A stretch of 64,000 nucleotides of DNA. It comes from Actinomycetota bacterium. GTDB lineage: Bacteria; Actinomycetota; Acidimicrobiia; Acidimicrobiales; Ilumatobacteraceae. This document shows positions 26,587-37,145 of this stretch, in pieces. A model generated the notes under the pieces. It was not told where the DNA came from. It searched no databases and saw nothing but the letters and a program-made list of their open reading frames with translations. The stretch is from contig JBAXHD010000008.1 of the NCBI GenBank assembly GCA_037139095.1, positions 16,781 to 80,780 of the forward strand. Direction: 5' to 3'. Each line of letters starts with the position of its first letter. Positions within the stretch are counted from its first letter, which is position 1. The translations under genes were made by a program, and so were the position numbers.

Positions 26587-27887
26587 TGCGTGTCCTCGCT
26601 CTCGGTTGTGGTCTGGGTGCGCATCATGCGAAGCGTAACTTCCTGCTCAAAGCCAAGTGTTGTCGGATCATACAACGTGGTGCCAATGAGCTCTTCGGGC
26701 CGATACGTCTGGGGCACCCAGCCGCGTGGATCATCGTGCGGATACAGGTAGCCGGCACCGTGGCCCAGCGCAGCAGCGCCTTGATAATGCGCGTCGCGTA
26801 GGTGTGCCGGCACTTCGCCTACGGCGCCATCGCGCACCATGGCGCGGGCGTTCCATATGCCTAGAGCTGCCCTGTTGCTTTTTGGCGCAGTGGCGAGGTG
26901 AACCACGGCCTGCGCCAAATTGAGCTGAGCCTCGGGCAGACCCACATGTTCGAGTGCGTGGGCAGCGGCCACTGCAATCACCAACGATTGGGGGTCGGCC
27001 ATACCGATGTCTTCGCTGGCCAACACAATCAAGCGCCGAACAATAAAGCGAGCATCTTCGCCCGCTTCGAGCATGCGCGCCAGCCAATACAGCCCAGCGT
27101 CGGGATCGCTGCCGCGAATGCTCTTGATGAACGCGCTGATGACGTCGTAGTGGTCGTCTCGCCCGTAACGCAACGCACTGGTGCCAAGTGCCGACTCGAC
27201 ATGCTCAAGTGCCACTGGATCAGGATGCGCGAGCGCGCAGGCAACTTCGAGCGCAGTGAGCACCTGTCGACCATCGCCCCCTGAGCGGTCTGCTAGCAGC
27301 GCTACTGCGGCTGGGTCTGCAGTGGCCGCTTCGGAGGCGAGCCCGCGCTCGATGAGCAACACGATTGCCTCGCGGTCGAGCGGCTCGAGCCGAAAGAGCG
27401 TGCTTCGGCTACGCAGCGGAGCATTGACCTCGAAGAACGGATTTTCAGTAGTGGCGCCGATCAATGTGAGCGTGCCGTCTTCGACCGCAGGCAAGAGCGC
27501 ATCTTGTTGCGCCTTCGAGAAACGATGGATCTCATCGAGAAACAGAATGGTTCCGCGAGCATGCTCACCGAGGCGCTGCCGCGCCCGTTCGATGACCTCG
27601 CGAACATCTTTGACTCCCGCAGATACAGCCGACAACTGTTCAAACTGACGTTTGGTGGTGCCCGCAACTGCCAACGCAAGCGTGGTCTTGCCGGTGCCTG
27701 GTGGCCCCCAGAAGATGGCCGAGCTGAGTCGGTCCTGCTCGACAAGTCGACGCAGCGGCCTGCCAGGACCAACAAGGTGCGCCTGGCCGACCACCTCGTC
27801 GAGAGTGCGCGGCCGCAGCCGCGCGGCGAGGGGTGCTTGTTGGCGCAGTCGATCGGCCGCGGCCGAGCTGAACAGATCGTCGCTCAC
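26583..27887 (-). CDS. rarA: Replication-associated recombination protein A (RarA/MgsA AAA ATPase)
   Basis: Start taken at GTG 27887 (VSDDLFSS...), which forms a GTGA overlap with the Nudix gene. Walker [10 protein letters not shown], Walker [11 protein letters not shown], and the C-terminal MgsA block [10 protein letters not shown]. Confidence 0.93.
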   Translation of the reverse strand: MSDDLFSSAAADRLRQQAPLAARLRPRTLDEVVGQAHLVGPGRPLRRLVEQDRLSSAIFWGPPGTGKTTLALAVAGTTKRQFEQLSAVSAGVKDVREVIERARQRLGEHARGTILFLDEIHRFSKAQQDALLPAVEDGTLTLIGATTENPFFEVNAPLRSRSTLFRLEPLDREAIVLLIERGLASEAATADPAAVALLADRSGGDGRQVLTALEVACALAHPDPVALEHVESALGTSALRYGRDDHYDVISAFIKSIRGSDPDAGLYWLARMLEAGEDARFIVRRLIVLASEDIGMADPQSLVIAVAAAHALEHVGLPEAQLNLAQAVVHLATAPKSNRAALGIWNARAMVRDGAVGEVPAHLRDAHYQGAAALGHGAGYLYPHDDPRGWVPQTYRPEELIGTTLYDPTTLGFEQEVTLRMMRTQTTTESEDTQ

Positions 27888-28321
27888 AACGAGCTCAGCA
27901 CCAACTGATAGCCAGCACGTCGGAAATCGACAACACTCTCGAGCAGCCATTCGCGTGTAACCCATTGCCACGCAACGAACTCTTGATTATCGGGCGTGGG
28001 CACGATGTCGGCACGGAGCGCGTCGAACAAGAACCAGCGATGCACCTGCCCGAGGCGACCCTTGGCGGTCTTGAGCTCATCGGGGTATTCGTACGGCACC
28101 CAATCGGGGTATTGCGCAACGGCTTGCACCTCGTTAGGGCCGAGTCCGGTTTCTTCGCCGAGCTCACGCCATGCAGCAGCGAGTGGATCCTCGCCAATTT
28201 CTAGGCCGCCCTGCGGGAGTTGCCATTGCCCTCGTACGTCGCCGCGTTCGAAAGCCAGCAAACGGTCGTCGACGCCGCGGACGACCATCACGACTCCTGC
28301 TCGGAAATGTGCGCTTGCCAT
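27884..28321 (-). CDS. NUDIX hydrolase
   Basis: 145 aa. Nudix box [23 protein letters not shown]. Confidence 0.85.
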   Translation of the reverse strand: MASAHFRAGVVMVVRGVDDRLLAFERGDVRGQWQLPQGGLEIGEDPLAAAWRELGEETGLGPNEVQAVAQYPDWVPYEYPDELKTAKGRLGQVHRWFLFDALRADIVPTPDNQEFVAWQWVTREWLLESVVDFRRAGYQLVLSSL

Positions 28322-28382
28322 ATGGCTCAGAACCTACAAGCTCGTGGTGGCGCCGGCGCGATGCGCCGACGCCAACAGCGAC

Positions 28383-30128
28383 TTAGGCCTTGGGTGGCAT
28401 CGTGCGGATGCCAAGCTCGGCCAACTGCTTCGGGTTTGGAGCCGTCGGAGCGTTGGTCATTGGGTCGGTGCCGCTTTGGGTCTTCGGGAAGGCAATGACC
28501 TCACGGATGTTCTCTTCGCCAGCAAGGATTGCCACAAGGCGATCGATACCAAACGCAAAGCCGCCGTGCGGCGGGGCGCCGTATTCGAATGGGCGCAGGA
28601 AGAAGCCGAACTTCTTCTCGGCATCTTCGTCGCTGATACCCAAGGCGGTGAACACCTTGCGCTGAAGGTCGCTCTTATGAATTCGAATTGAGCCCGAGCC
28701 CAACTCCCATCCATTGAGCACCAAGTCGTATGCCATTGCTCGCACCGACATCGGGTCGGTGTCGAACTTGTCGAGATCGTCGGGGTGCGGCATGCAGAAC
28801 GGGTGATGGCCAGGCTTTGGCTTTCCGGTCTCTTTGTCGACACCTACGAACAATGGGAACTCGATGACCCACACGTAGCGATACGGCCCCTGCCAAACCG
28901 GTGGACGACCAAGATCGTTGCGGATCTGACCGAGAACTTCGCAGGTGGTGTCCCACGCATCGGCAACGATGAGAATCAGGTCGCCAGGCTTCGCCTCAAG
29001 ACGTGCCATCAATGCGGCCTGCTCGTCGGCGCTGAGGAACTTTGCCACGGGCGATTCGAGGTTGCCGTCGGCGGCAACCTTGAGCCATACCAAACCCTTG
29101 GCGCCCATCTGCTTGGCGCGGTCGGTGAGTGCATCGAGCTTGTTGCGGCCCAACTCTTCGGCTTTGCCCGAGGCGTTGATGCCCTTGATACAGGCCGCGC
29201 CAGCAAATGCCTTGAACTCGGTTGCTGCGAAAATGTCGGTGAGTTCGTGGAGTTCCATACCGAAGCGAAGGTCGGGCTTGTCGACGCCAAAGCGGTTCAT
29301 GGCGTCGCGCCATGTCATCTGCTCGATGGTTGGTGGACGCTCGCCGGTGACGGCCTCTGCTGCTGCCATCACCGCCAAGCTGATCGCGGCAAGGACGTCG
29401 TCTTGGCTTACGAAGCTCATCTCAGCGTCGAGTTGCATGAACTCGTACTGGCGATCGGCGCGCAGGTCTTCGTCGCGGAGGCAACGTGCGATCTGGTAGT
29501 AGCGATCCATGCCAGCCACCATCAGCAGTTGCTTAAAGAGCTGGGGGCTCTGAGGCAAGGCGTAAAACGCACCGGGCTCTTTGCGGCTTGGCACCAAGAA
29601 CTCGCGAGCACCCTCGGGGGTAGACGGCACCAACATTGGCGTCTCTACTTCGACGAAGCTTTGCGCTTCCATTGCCCCACGAATAGCCGAGTTCACTTTG
29701 GCGCGCACGCGCAGGTTCTTCTGCATGCGCTCGCGGCGAATGTCGAGATAGCGGTACTGCAACCGGGTGGTCTCTTCGACCTTGTCGGCGCGTGAGTCGA
29801 TGGGGAACGGCGGTGGCTCGGCGGTGCGCAACACCTCGACCACACACTCGCCCAGTTCGATCTCGCCCGTAGGCAGGTTGGGGTTCACGGTGCCTTCGAG
29901 GCGGGCTCGCACAGTGCCAGTGATGCGCACCACGAACTCGCTGCGCACATCGACATCGTTGTCGACCACGCACTGCACGACGCCGGTGTGGTCGCGCACA
30001 TCGACAAACGCCAATTGCGTGCCGTGCTCGCGGCGACTGGCCACCCATCCGCAGACGCTGATGGTTTGGCCGATGTGGGTAGTACGGACTTCGCCGCACA
30101 TGTTGGAGCGCATGCTGGTAGCACTCAT
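28383..30128 (-). CDS. aspS: Aspartate--tRNA ligase
   Basis: 581 aa. OB-fold N-terminus, class II motifs (FRDEDLRADRQ.EF-like block, GGFAFGIDRL) and the bacterial insertion domain. Confidence 0.97.
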   Translation of the reverse strand: MSATSMRSNMCGEVRTTHIGQTISVCGWVASRREHGTQLAFVDVRDHTGVVQCVVDNDVDVRSEFVVRITGTVRARLEGTVNPNLPTGEIELGECVVEVLRTAEPPPFPIDSRADKVEETTRLQYRYLDIRRERMQKNLRVRAKVNSAIRGAMEAQSFVEVETPMLVPSTPEGAREFLVPSRKEPGAFYALPQSPQLFKQLLMVAGMDRYYQIARCLRDEDLRADRQYEFMQLDAEMSFVSQDDVLAAISLAVMAAAEAVTGERPPTIEQMTWRDAMNRFGVDKPDLRFGMELHELTDIFAATEFKAFAGAACIKGINASGKAEELGRNKLDALTDRAKQMGAKGLVWLKVAADGNLESPVAKFLSADEQAALMARLEAKPGDLILIVADAWDTTCEVLGQIRNDLGRPPVWQGPYRYVWVIEFPLFVGVDKETGKPKPGHHPFCMPHPDDLDKFDTDPMSVRAMAYDLVLNGWELGSGSIRIHKSDLQRKVFTALGISDEDAEKKFGFFLRPFEYGAPPHGGFAFGIDRLVAILAGEENIREVIAFPKTQSGTDPMTNAPTAPNPKQLAELGIRTMPPKA

Positions 30129-31402
30129 TGTGTTGCCTCTTTCGGAGCCGTTTGAAGGGCTTGGATGACTTCGGATATCAGTGTGTCGCGGGCGACAGAT
30201 CGCTGAGCGTCCTCGCCGCGCAGAGGGCGGATCACGACCTGGCCCGCGTCGAGTTCGTTGGAGCCGACGATGATGGCCAACGGGGCGCCGCTGCGATCGG
30301 CGCCCTTCATCTGGCTCTTCATACTGCGATTCTCGAATGCACGATCGGCTGAGATACCAGCTGCACGTAATTGTGCAGTGATGCGCAACGCTTCTTGACC
30401 GCCGGTGGTGTCGACGACGAACACATCGACAGTTTTGTTGGGCGCACCAAACACGCCTTCGTCGTCGCAGGCCAACAAGGTGCGATCGAGACCGAGTGCG
30501 AAGCCAATGCCATGGGTGGCTGGACCGCCCAATGACTCGACGAGTCCGTCGTATCGGCCGCCACCGCCGAGCGCGTTTTGCGCTGAGTCGAGCGTGCCGC
30601 CCTGGAACTCGAACGTGGTGCGTCGGTAGTAATCGAGGCCGCGGACCAAAGCGGTGTCGATAGTGAACGGGATGCCCAGATCGGTGAGGCCCTGCTGCAC
30701 CGCTTCGAAATGTGCCGCAGCCTCTGGGCTGTAGAACGATGCGATGCGTGGAGCATTGGCCAACACAGCAGCGTCGGCCGCACGCTTTGAGTCGAGCACA
30801 CGCAACGGATTCTTGGTCAAGGTGATCTGGCTCTCGGGCGACAACCGATCAAGGTTGTCGTTGAAGTACTGCGCCAAGCTGGCCTCGTAACGCGCCCGGT
30901 CGTCGGGCTCGCCCAGAGAGTTGAGCAACAACTTCACCTGACGAAGCCCCAGTCGCTGATAGAACTCCCAGCCCAACGCAATGACCTCAACGTCGAGGTA
31001 CGGATCATCAGCGCCGAGCACTTCGATGCCCACTTGATCGAACTGCCGGAAGCGCCCGCGCTGGGGCTTCTCGTAGCGAAAGTTTGGGCCGGCGTAGAAG
31101 ACCTTCCACGGCGTGGCAGGGCGATGCTGCGCAAAGATACGACACACGCTGGCCGTGCATTCGGGCCGCAGTGACACGTGACGACCACCGCGATCGATGA
31201 AGTCGTACATCTCTTTGGTGACAACATCGGTTGCCTCGCCAACGCGTTGGAAGACAGCAAGATCTTCCATGAGTGGCGGCATCACTTCGCCGTAACCGGC
31301 AGACTCGACTACCTGTGCGAACACGGCCTGAAACTGTCGCCAGCGCCCCGAATCGGGAGGCAGGATGTCGCGCATCCCTGGGCTGTGCTGGAACTCGGGC
31401 AT
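30125..31402 (-). CDS. hisS: Histidine--tRNA ligase
   Basis: Start at Met81 of ORF 30125..31642 (MPEFQHSPGMRDILP). Contains LRPECTAS, GGGGRYDGL and an anticodon-binding C-terminus. ATGA overlap with aspS. Confidence 0.95.
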   Translation of the reverse strand: MPEFQHSPGMRDILPPDSGRWRQFQAVFAQVVESAGYGEVMPPLMEDLAVFQRVGEATDVVTKEMYDFIDRGGRHVSLRPECTASVCRIFAQHRPATPWKVFYAGPNFRYEKPQRGRFRQFDQVGIEVLGADDPYLDVEVIALGWEFYQRLGLRQVKLLLNSLGEPDDRARYEASLAQYFNDNLDRLSPESQITLTKNPLRVLDSKRAADAAVLANAPRIASFYSPEAAAHFEAVQQGLTDLGIPFTIDTALVRGLDYYRRTTFEFQGGTLDSAQNALGGGGRYDGLVESLGGPATHGIGFALGLDRTLLACDDEGVFGAPNKTVDVFVVDTTGGQEALRITAQLRAAGISADRAFENRSMKSQMKGADRSGAPLAIIVGSNELDAGQVVIRPLRGEDAQRSVARDTLISEVIQALQTAPKEATQ

Positions 31403-31484
31403 AGGTGACAAGGTTAGAGCACGGCAGGCGTGAACACTCGGAGTATTTCGTGAGACGAGACGTTGCGAGTGGCAGCGTATGGGC

Positions 31485-33704
31485 TCAGGTGCCCTTTCCT
31501 GGCACGAGTCGATAGGCGTCGTACACACCATCGACAGTCTTGATCGTGCGCAACACCGAGTCGAGCAAGCTTGGGTCTCCCAATTCGAACTCGAAGCGCA
31601 TCTTCGCCACGCGGTCGCTACCAGTGTGTGTGCTGCACGCAACGATGTTCACGTGCTGCTCGCTCAGCGCATTGGCCACATCGCGCAGCAAGCGAGAGCG
31701 ATCGAGCGCCACTACTTCGACACCGGCGCGGAACACGGCCTTGCGGTTATCGCCCGCCCACTCGACCTCGATGAGGCGCGATGCTTGGTCGCTCATCAGC
31801 GACACTGCGTTGGCGCAGTCGGAGCGGTGCACGCTGACACCACGACCGCGGGTGACGAAGCCCATAATCTCGTCGCCGGGCACAGGAGTGCAGCAACGCG
31901 AGAGACGAACTAACACATCGTCGAGACCCTCAACATGAATGCCAGCGGTAGACCGTGCCCGACGAAACCCTCGAGGCCGCACGACCTGAGATGACGACAG
32001 CTGCTCATCTTGGTTGCCAGTGCGAAATTCGTGTGCCACCTTTTGCACCAAACCACGCGCCGACAGGTGTCGCTCGCCGATAGCAGCAAGGGCAGTGTCG
32101 AGATCGGTAAAGCCGTGCGCTCCGAGCTCTTTGAGAAACACGTCTGAGGTCCACATGCCGTGCACCGGCAAGCCTTCGCGTCGGAACTCTTTGGTGAGTT
32201 CGTCGCGGCCAGTGTCTACGGCGTCGTCGCGACGCTCGCGACTGAACCACTGACGAATCTTGCTTCGCGCTCGCGGTGACTCAACAAAGGCCAGCCAATC
32301 TTGTGAGGGTGCCGCAGATTCGAGTTTGGAGACGAAGATCTCGCACGTGTCGCCACTGCGCAGTTCGCTATCGAGTGGCACGAGTCGGCCATTGACCTTG
32401 GCGCCGATGCACTTGTGGCCCACTTCGGTATGCACGGCGTACGCAAAGTCGACCGGGGTTGCGTGAATCGGCAACGTGACCACTCGGCCCTTGGGCGTGA
32501 ACACGAACACTTCTTCTTGCTCAAGGTCGCTCTTGAGGCTCTCCATGAACTGGTTCGGATCGGTGATCTCGGCTTGCCAGTCGATGATGCGGTTCAGCCA
32601 ATCGATGTCTTGGGTAGGCGCATCTTCTTTGTAGGCCCAGTGTGCAGCCACGCCCCACTCGGCGCGTTGGTGCATTTCGCGTGTGCGGATTTGAACCTCG
32701 ATGGGCTTGCCATCGGGCCCGATCACCGTGGTGTGCAAGCTCTGATACAGATTGAACTTGGGCATTGCGATGTAGTCCTTGAACCGGCCTACAACGGGCT
32801 TCCACCGGCCGTGAATACATCCGAGTGCTGCATAGCAATCTTTGATGGAGTCGACCGTGACGCGAATGGCCACGAGGTCGAAGATCTCGTCGAAGTCGCG
32901 GTTCTTCTGGATCATCTTTTCGTAGATGCTCCACATGTGTTTGCCTCGACCCGTGACCTCGGCATGAATGCCAAGCTCAACAAGCCGTGACCGAACATCG
33001 GCCAAGGTCTTGGCCAAATACATGTCGCGCTCGGGGCTACGGGTTGCCACAAGGTGATCGAGTTCGGCGAAACGCTTGGGATAGAGCGAGGCGAAACTGA
33101 GGTCTTCGAGTTGCTGACGAAGCTCTTGCATTCCGAGGCGGTGAGCCAGCGGAGCGTAGATATCGAGGGTCTCTTGGGCGATGCGGCGCTGCTTGTCGGC
33201 AGGCATGCCGGCGATTGTGCGCATGTTGTGCAAACGATCGGCCAACTTGATGATGAGCACGCGTAGATCGCGTGCCATGGCAACAAGCATCTTGCGCATG
33301 GTTGCTGCTTGTTGCGCTTCTTTCGAATCAAACTGCAGCCGCTCGAGTTTGGTGACGCCATCGACGATTGCGGCCACATCTTTGCCGAACTGCTTTTCGA
33401 CCTCGGCAATCGTGATCTCGGTGTCTTCGACAGCATCGTGCAACAGCGCGGCAGCAAGCGATGTTTCATCGAGCCCGATATCGGCGACAATACGAGCTAC
33501 TGACAGCGGGTGATTGATGTAGCTCTCACCGCTACTTCGGGTTTGATGCATGTGCGCTTCGCTGGCCATTGCGAACGCACGAGTGATCATTGCAGTGCTG
33601 GCCTTGGGGTGGCGCTTCTTGTAGGCGGCGAGCACGGGCGCAAGGGCATCGTTGGTGGGCTGATGTTGTCGACGCCACGGCAGCACTCGGTCAACGGTGC
33701 CCAT
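31485..33704 (-). CDS. rel: Bifunctional (p)ppGpp synthetase/hydrolase Rel
   Basis: 739 aa. HD hydrolase domain (HPLSVA...HDAVEDT), RelA/SpoT synthetase domain (YQSLHTTV), and TGS and ACT domains. Confidence 0.97.
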   Translation of the reverse strand: MGTVDRVLPWRRQHQPTNDALAPVLAAYKKRHPKASTAMITRAFAMASEAHMHQTRSSGESYINHPLSVARIVADIGLDETSLAAALLHDAVEDTEITIAEVEKQFGKDVAAIVDGVTKLERLQFDSKEAQQAATMRKMLVAMARDLRVLIIKLADRLHNMRTIAGMPADKQRRIAQETLDIYAPLAHRLGMQELRQQLEDLSFASLYPKRFAELDHLVATRSPERDMYLAKTLADVRSRLVELGIHAEVTGRGKHMWSIYEKMIQKNRDFDEIFDLVAIRVTVDSIKDCYAALGCIHGRWKPVVGRFKDYIAMPKFNLYQSLHTTVIGPDGKPIEVQIRTREMHQRAEWGVAAHWAYKEDAPTQDIDWLNRIIDWQAEITDPNQFMESLKSDLEQEEVFVFTPKGRVVTLPIHATPVDFAYAVHTEVGHKCIGAKVNGRLVPLDSELRSGDTCEIFVSKLESAAPSQDWLAFVESPRARSKIRQWFSRERRDDAVDTGRDELTKEFRREGLPVHGMWTSDVFLKELGAHGFTDLDTALAAIGERHLSARGLVQKVAHEFRTGNQDEQLSSSQVVRPRGFRRARSTAGIHVEGLDDVLVRLSRCCTPVPGDEIMGFVTRGRGVSVHRSDCANAVSLMSDQASRLIEVEWAGDNRKAVFRAGVEVVALDRSRLLRDVANALSEQHVNIVACSTHTGSDRVAKMRFEFELGDPSLLDSVLRTIKTVDGVYDAYRLVPGKGT

Positions 33705-33707
33705 TGG

Positions 33708-34232
33708 CTAGTAGACCGCCAGGCTCTCGACCAGATGCTCGCCGAGTCGAGCACGACCATTGAGGCCGCCAATCTCGAGCAGGAATCCGAGTCCGACTAC
33801 GACTCCCCCGAGCTCTTCGATGAGCCGGCACGTGGCCGCTGCGGTGCCGCCGGTGGCGAGCACATCGTCGATGACAAGAACTCGCTCGCCGGGATGAATG
33901 GCATCGCGGTGCATCTCTAGTTTGTCGGTGCCGTACTCGAGGCTGTATTCCTCACGTACTACAGCCCACGGCAACTTGCCCGCCTTGCGTACCGGCACAA
34001 ACCCGGCGCCGAGTAGATACGCAACCGGCGCCGCGATGATGAAGCCTCGAGCTTCCATGCCGAGCACGCGATCGATTTCGAGATGCTCGAAGCGCTCGAC
34101 CAAGCTCTGAATGGCTCGGCGAAAACCGTCGGCGTTGCCAAGCAACGGGGTGATGTCACGAAACACCACGCCCTCGGTGGGATAGTCGGCGATCTCTCGC
34201 ACGAGGCCACGAAGCCAAGGGGTGTCGGTCAT
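33708..34232 (-). CDS. apt: Adenine phosphoribosyltransferase
   Basis: Start at Met7 of ORF 33708..34250. Contains FRDITPLL and the PRPP motif VLVIDDVLATGGTA. Confidence 0.93.
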   Translation of the reverse strand: MTDTPWLRGLVREIADYPTEGVVFRDITPLLGNADGFRRAIQSLVERFEHLEIDRVLGMEARGFIIAAPVAYLLGAGFVPVRKAGKLPWAVVREEYSLEYGTDKLEMHRDAIHPGERVLVIDDVLATGGTAAATCRLIEELGGVVVGLGFLLEIGGLNGRARLGEHLVESLAVY

Positions 34233-34299
34233 TGAAACGTCGGCATCCATGCGTGCAGGCTAGCGAACCTGCACGCAGTAGCGCTTGGATACAGAAGCG

Positions 34300-35466
34300 T
34301 CAGCGACGCTTCTTCTTGCGAGGGCGTGGCTCGTGTGTCAGCAACGACGCGGGAGCGTTTACCGCTGCGCCGCCTGCTGCGACTGCGTCTCCGGCCCGAG
34401 CAGCGCGCAAGCGCTGAGACTCGCGGCGAGCAGCCGGTGAGCCACCCATCACGAGGCGCTCGAGATCGACACCAACGGCTCGTGGGCCACGCATTGCTTT
34501 GTACTTCGGCGTCTGGCCCTTGATCCAAGCCAACAATGGCGATGCAATGAAGATCGAGGAATACGAACCGGTGACCAGACCCACGAACAATGCCAGAGCG
34601 AATTCGCGCAACGAGATGGCACCGAGCAAGCCTGCGCCAACAACGAGAAGGGACAGCACCGGTAACACCGCAGCGAGGCTGGTGTTCAGCGAGCGCATCA
34701 CAACCTGGTTCATCGACACGTTGATCACGTCGTCGTAGGGCAGACGAGAACCTGCAAAACGCGCCGTGTTCTCGTCGACCTTGTCGAACACCACGATGGT
34801 GTCGTAGAGCGAGAAGCCCAAAATCGTCAGGAACGCAATGACCGTTGCGGGTGTTACCTCAAGCTGCAGGATCGAGTAGATACCAACGCTGATGAGTACG
34901 TCGTGAAGCATGGCGGCAATGGCGCTGAGGGCCATGGCCCATTCGAACCTCCACGCAATAAACAACGCCACCAAGATGATGAACACCACCAAGGCTCGAA
35001 CGGCCTTTTTGGTGATTTCCTTACCCCATGACGCTGTAACAGAGTTGCTGCTGATGTCTTTGATGTCGACCTTGGCTGCCTTTGCCAATGCGGTGCTCAC
35101 CTTTTGGCGAACATCGGCAGGCTGCTCAGAGGTCTGGATGCGCAGGCGCTGAACGCCGCTTGCAGACACGGTGACAATCTTCGCGTCGGCCGCTTTTACG
35201 CCGTTTGCCGCGAGCACGTCGCGTGCTTGGGCGTCGCTGATGTTTGCGGCTGGCACTTCCCATTGAACGCCGCCATTGAAGTCGAGACCGAGATTGAGTC
35301 CCTGGGCGAGCAGCGAAACGAGCGTGGCAGCGATGAGTGCCAGCGAGATGCCGATGCCCCACCACTTGCGACCCATGAAGTCGACACGCGTCTCTCCGTG
35401 GTACAGGCGGGCACGCGCCGTGCGATGCAGCGACACTTCGATTTCGGGTGCGAGGACTTCGGTCAC
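34300..35466 (-). CDS. secF: Protein translocase subunit SecF
   Basis: 388 aa, multi-TM SecD/SecF family. GTGA overlap with secD. Basic C-terminal tail. Confidence 0.93.
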   Translation of the reverse strand: MTEVLAPEIEVSLHRTARARLYHGETRVDFMGRKWWGIGISLALIAATLVSLLAQGLNLGLDFNGGVQWEVPAANISDAQARDVLAANGVKAADAKIVTVSASGVQRLRIQTSEQPADVRQKVSTALAKAAKVDIKDISSNSVTASWGKEITKKAVRALVVFIILVALFIAWRFEWAMALSAIAAMLHDVLISVGIYSILQLEVTPATVIAFLTILGFSLYDTIVVFDKVDENTARFAGSRLPYDDVINVSMNQVVMRSLNTSLAAVLPVLSLLVVGAGLLGAISLREFALALFVGLVTGSYSSIFIASPLLAWIKGQTPKYKAMRGPRAVGVDLERLVMGGSPAARRESQRLRAARAGDAVAAGGAAVNAPASLLTHEPRPRKKKRR

Positions 35467-37145
35467 GACGTTGCTCCTAATGCCTGGGTTGCGTCGACAG
35501 AGGTCTCTATACCCATGATCTTCTTACCGCTCATGAACTTGCTACGGGCCAGCAACAACACCGCTGGGCGGGTGAAGAAGTAGGCAACGAACACGTCGAC
35601 CAGGGTGGACAAGCCGAGGTAGAAGGCGAAGCCGCGAACGGCTCCGACCGAGAGGTACCACAGCACAGCCGCACCGATGAGCGACACGGAGTCGGCCACC
35701 AAGATGGTGTGGAACGCTGCCTTGAACCCGCGTTGGGCGGAGTTGCGAAGCGATCGACCGGCGCGCATTTCGTCCTTGAGGCGTTCGAAGAAGACCACGT
35801 ATGAGTCGATGGTGACACCGATGGACACGATGAGACCAGCCACACCGGCGAGCGACAGCACGCCGTTGTAGAACCGCGAGATGAATGAGGTGATGCTGTA
35901 AATCAACGTGCCCGAGACACACAGACCAAGCAACACCACGATCGCTAGGCGGCGGTAGTAAGCGAACATAAACGCCAGCACCAAGGCCACGCCGATAGCG
36001 CCCGCAATGAGCGCTGCGCGCAGCGAGTCCTTACCCAGCGTTGCCGACACGGTTTGTACCGCTTCGGCCTGCAACGTGATCGGAAGCGCACCCGAGTTCA
36101 TTACCTGAGCCAATTTGGTGGCTTGATCTTTTGTGAAGCTGCCCGTGATCTGCACGCTGCCCGTGAAGTTTTCGGCGTTTACGGTTGGAGCAGACTGAAT
36201 TTGACCGTCGAGCTCAATTGCCAGCCGCTTGGACGGGCAGGTTGCAGTGGCGTTGAAGCACTCCTTTGCAAGAGCGTTCCATACGCCTTCGCCGCTGCCG
36301 CCGGTCTTGAGGTCGACCGTAACACCCCAACCGCCGCCGATAATGCGTGGAAGCGCAGAGTCACGAACAAACACCTCGCCGGTACCGCCTGATGGACCCA
36401 CCTGACACCTGCCACCGTCGCGGGTGGGCAGTATTTGCGTTGCGGTTGGGTCGGAGAAGGGCAGTCCGGTCGTTGTTGTTGCACCGCTCACCACCGTTGT
36501 GGTTGAAGCGCCAGCGACCACAGTCGTGTCGGTGGATGCAGTGCCTCCCGTTGGAGGCGTTGCGGTGAGAGCCGGAGTGGTGGTGCTCACAGGAGATGTG
36601 GGTGGCACGCTGTTGACACGGCGAGACGGCCCGGGCGAACCCGATGTTGGGGTGGTGCCAGACGATGCGGTTGCGCCGGTGGTAGCCGTGGGCAGGCTGA
36701 TCACCGTGGTGTTGGCAACAGTGGTAGTTCCAGTACCAGCGGTGCTCGTGGCTGTGCCCACGATTGAGGTCACCGGGGTGGAGGTCACAGCGCTTTGGCA
36801 ACCGATGACTGGGCGCAGGTACACCTTGCCGGTCACGTTGACGAGATCGATCGCCTGCTGCTGATCGTTGACACCTGGCAGGTTGACCACAATGGCGTTG
36901 TCTTGGCGCAGAATTTCGGGCTCGCCCACGCCGAAGCTGTCGACTCGCTCGCGAATGCGCTCAACAGCGAGGTCGAGGCTCGACTTATCGTAGGCCTGCC
37001 CGGTGACGGGACGCAGCGTGACGGAGATTCCGCCCCGAAGGTCGAGACCCAACGCTGGGTGATACCCCGCGCCGAGCGTGATGGCGATGAGGCTGACAGC
37101 GAGCAGCAGGATCGCGCTCAACGAATAGATGAGTTTGCGGCGCAT
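35463..37145 (-). CDS. secD: Protein translocase subunit SecD (with a ~110-aa Thr/Ser/Gly/Pro-rich insert)
   Basis: 560 aa. Contains LGLDLRGG and a C-terminal 6-TM SecD/F core. A low-complexity insert spans aa ~118-228. Confidence 0.93.
   Translation of the reverse strand: MRRKLIYSLSAILLLAVSLIAITLGAGYHPALGLDLRGGISVTLRPVTGQAYDKSSLDLAVERIRERVDSFGVGEPEILRQDNAIVVNLPGVNDQQQAIDLVNVTGKVYLRPVIGCQSAVTSTPVTSIVGTATSTAGTGTTTVANTTVISLPTATTGATASSGTTPTSGSPGPSRRVNSVPPTSPVSTTTPALTATPPTGGTASTDTTVVAGASTTTVVSGATTTTGLPFSDPTATQILPTRDGGRCQVGPSGGTGEVFVRDSALPRIIGGGWGVTVDLKTGGSGEGVWNALAKECFNATATCPSKRLAIELDGQIQSAPTVNAENFTGSVQITGSFTKDQATKLAQVMNSGALPITLQAEAVQTVSATLGKDSLRAALIAGAIGVALVLAFMFAYYRRLAIVVLLGLCVSGTLIYSITSFISRFYNGVLSLAGVAGLIVSIGVTIDSYVVFFERLKDEMRAGRSLRNSAQRGFKAAFHTILVADSVSLIGAAVLWYLSVGAVRGFAFYLGLSTLVDVFVAYFFTRPAVLLLARSKFMSGKKIMGIETSVDATQALGATS

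Noticed and set aside
31403-31484. Possible T-box, riboswitch or leader elements upstream of hisS (31403-31484), pdxS (46828-46906), yajC (37523-37632) and the ttuB-like gene (5554-5647).
   Set aside because: These regions are short (80-110 nt). I could not recognise any conserved riboswitch core, specifier/T-box motif or convincing terminator/antiterminator pair by eye. A covariance-model scan (Rfam/Infernal) would be needed.
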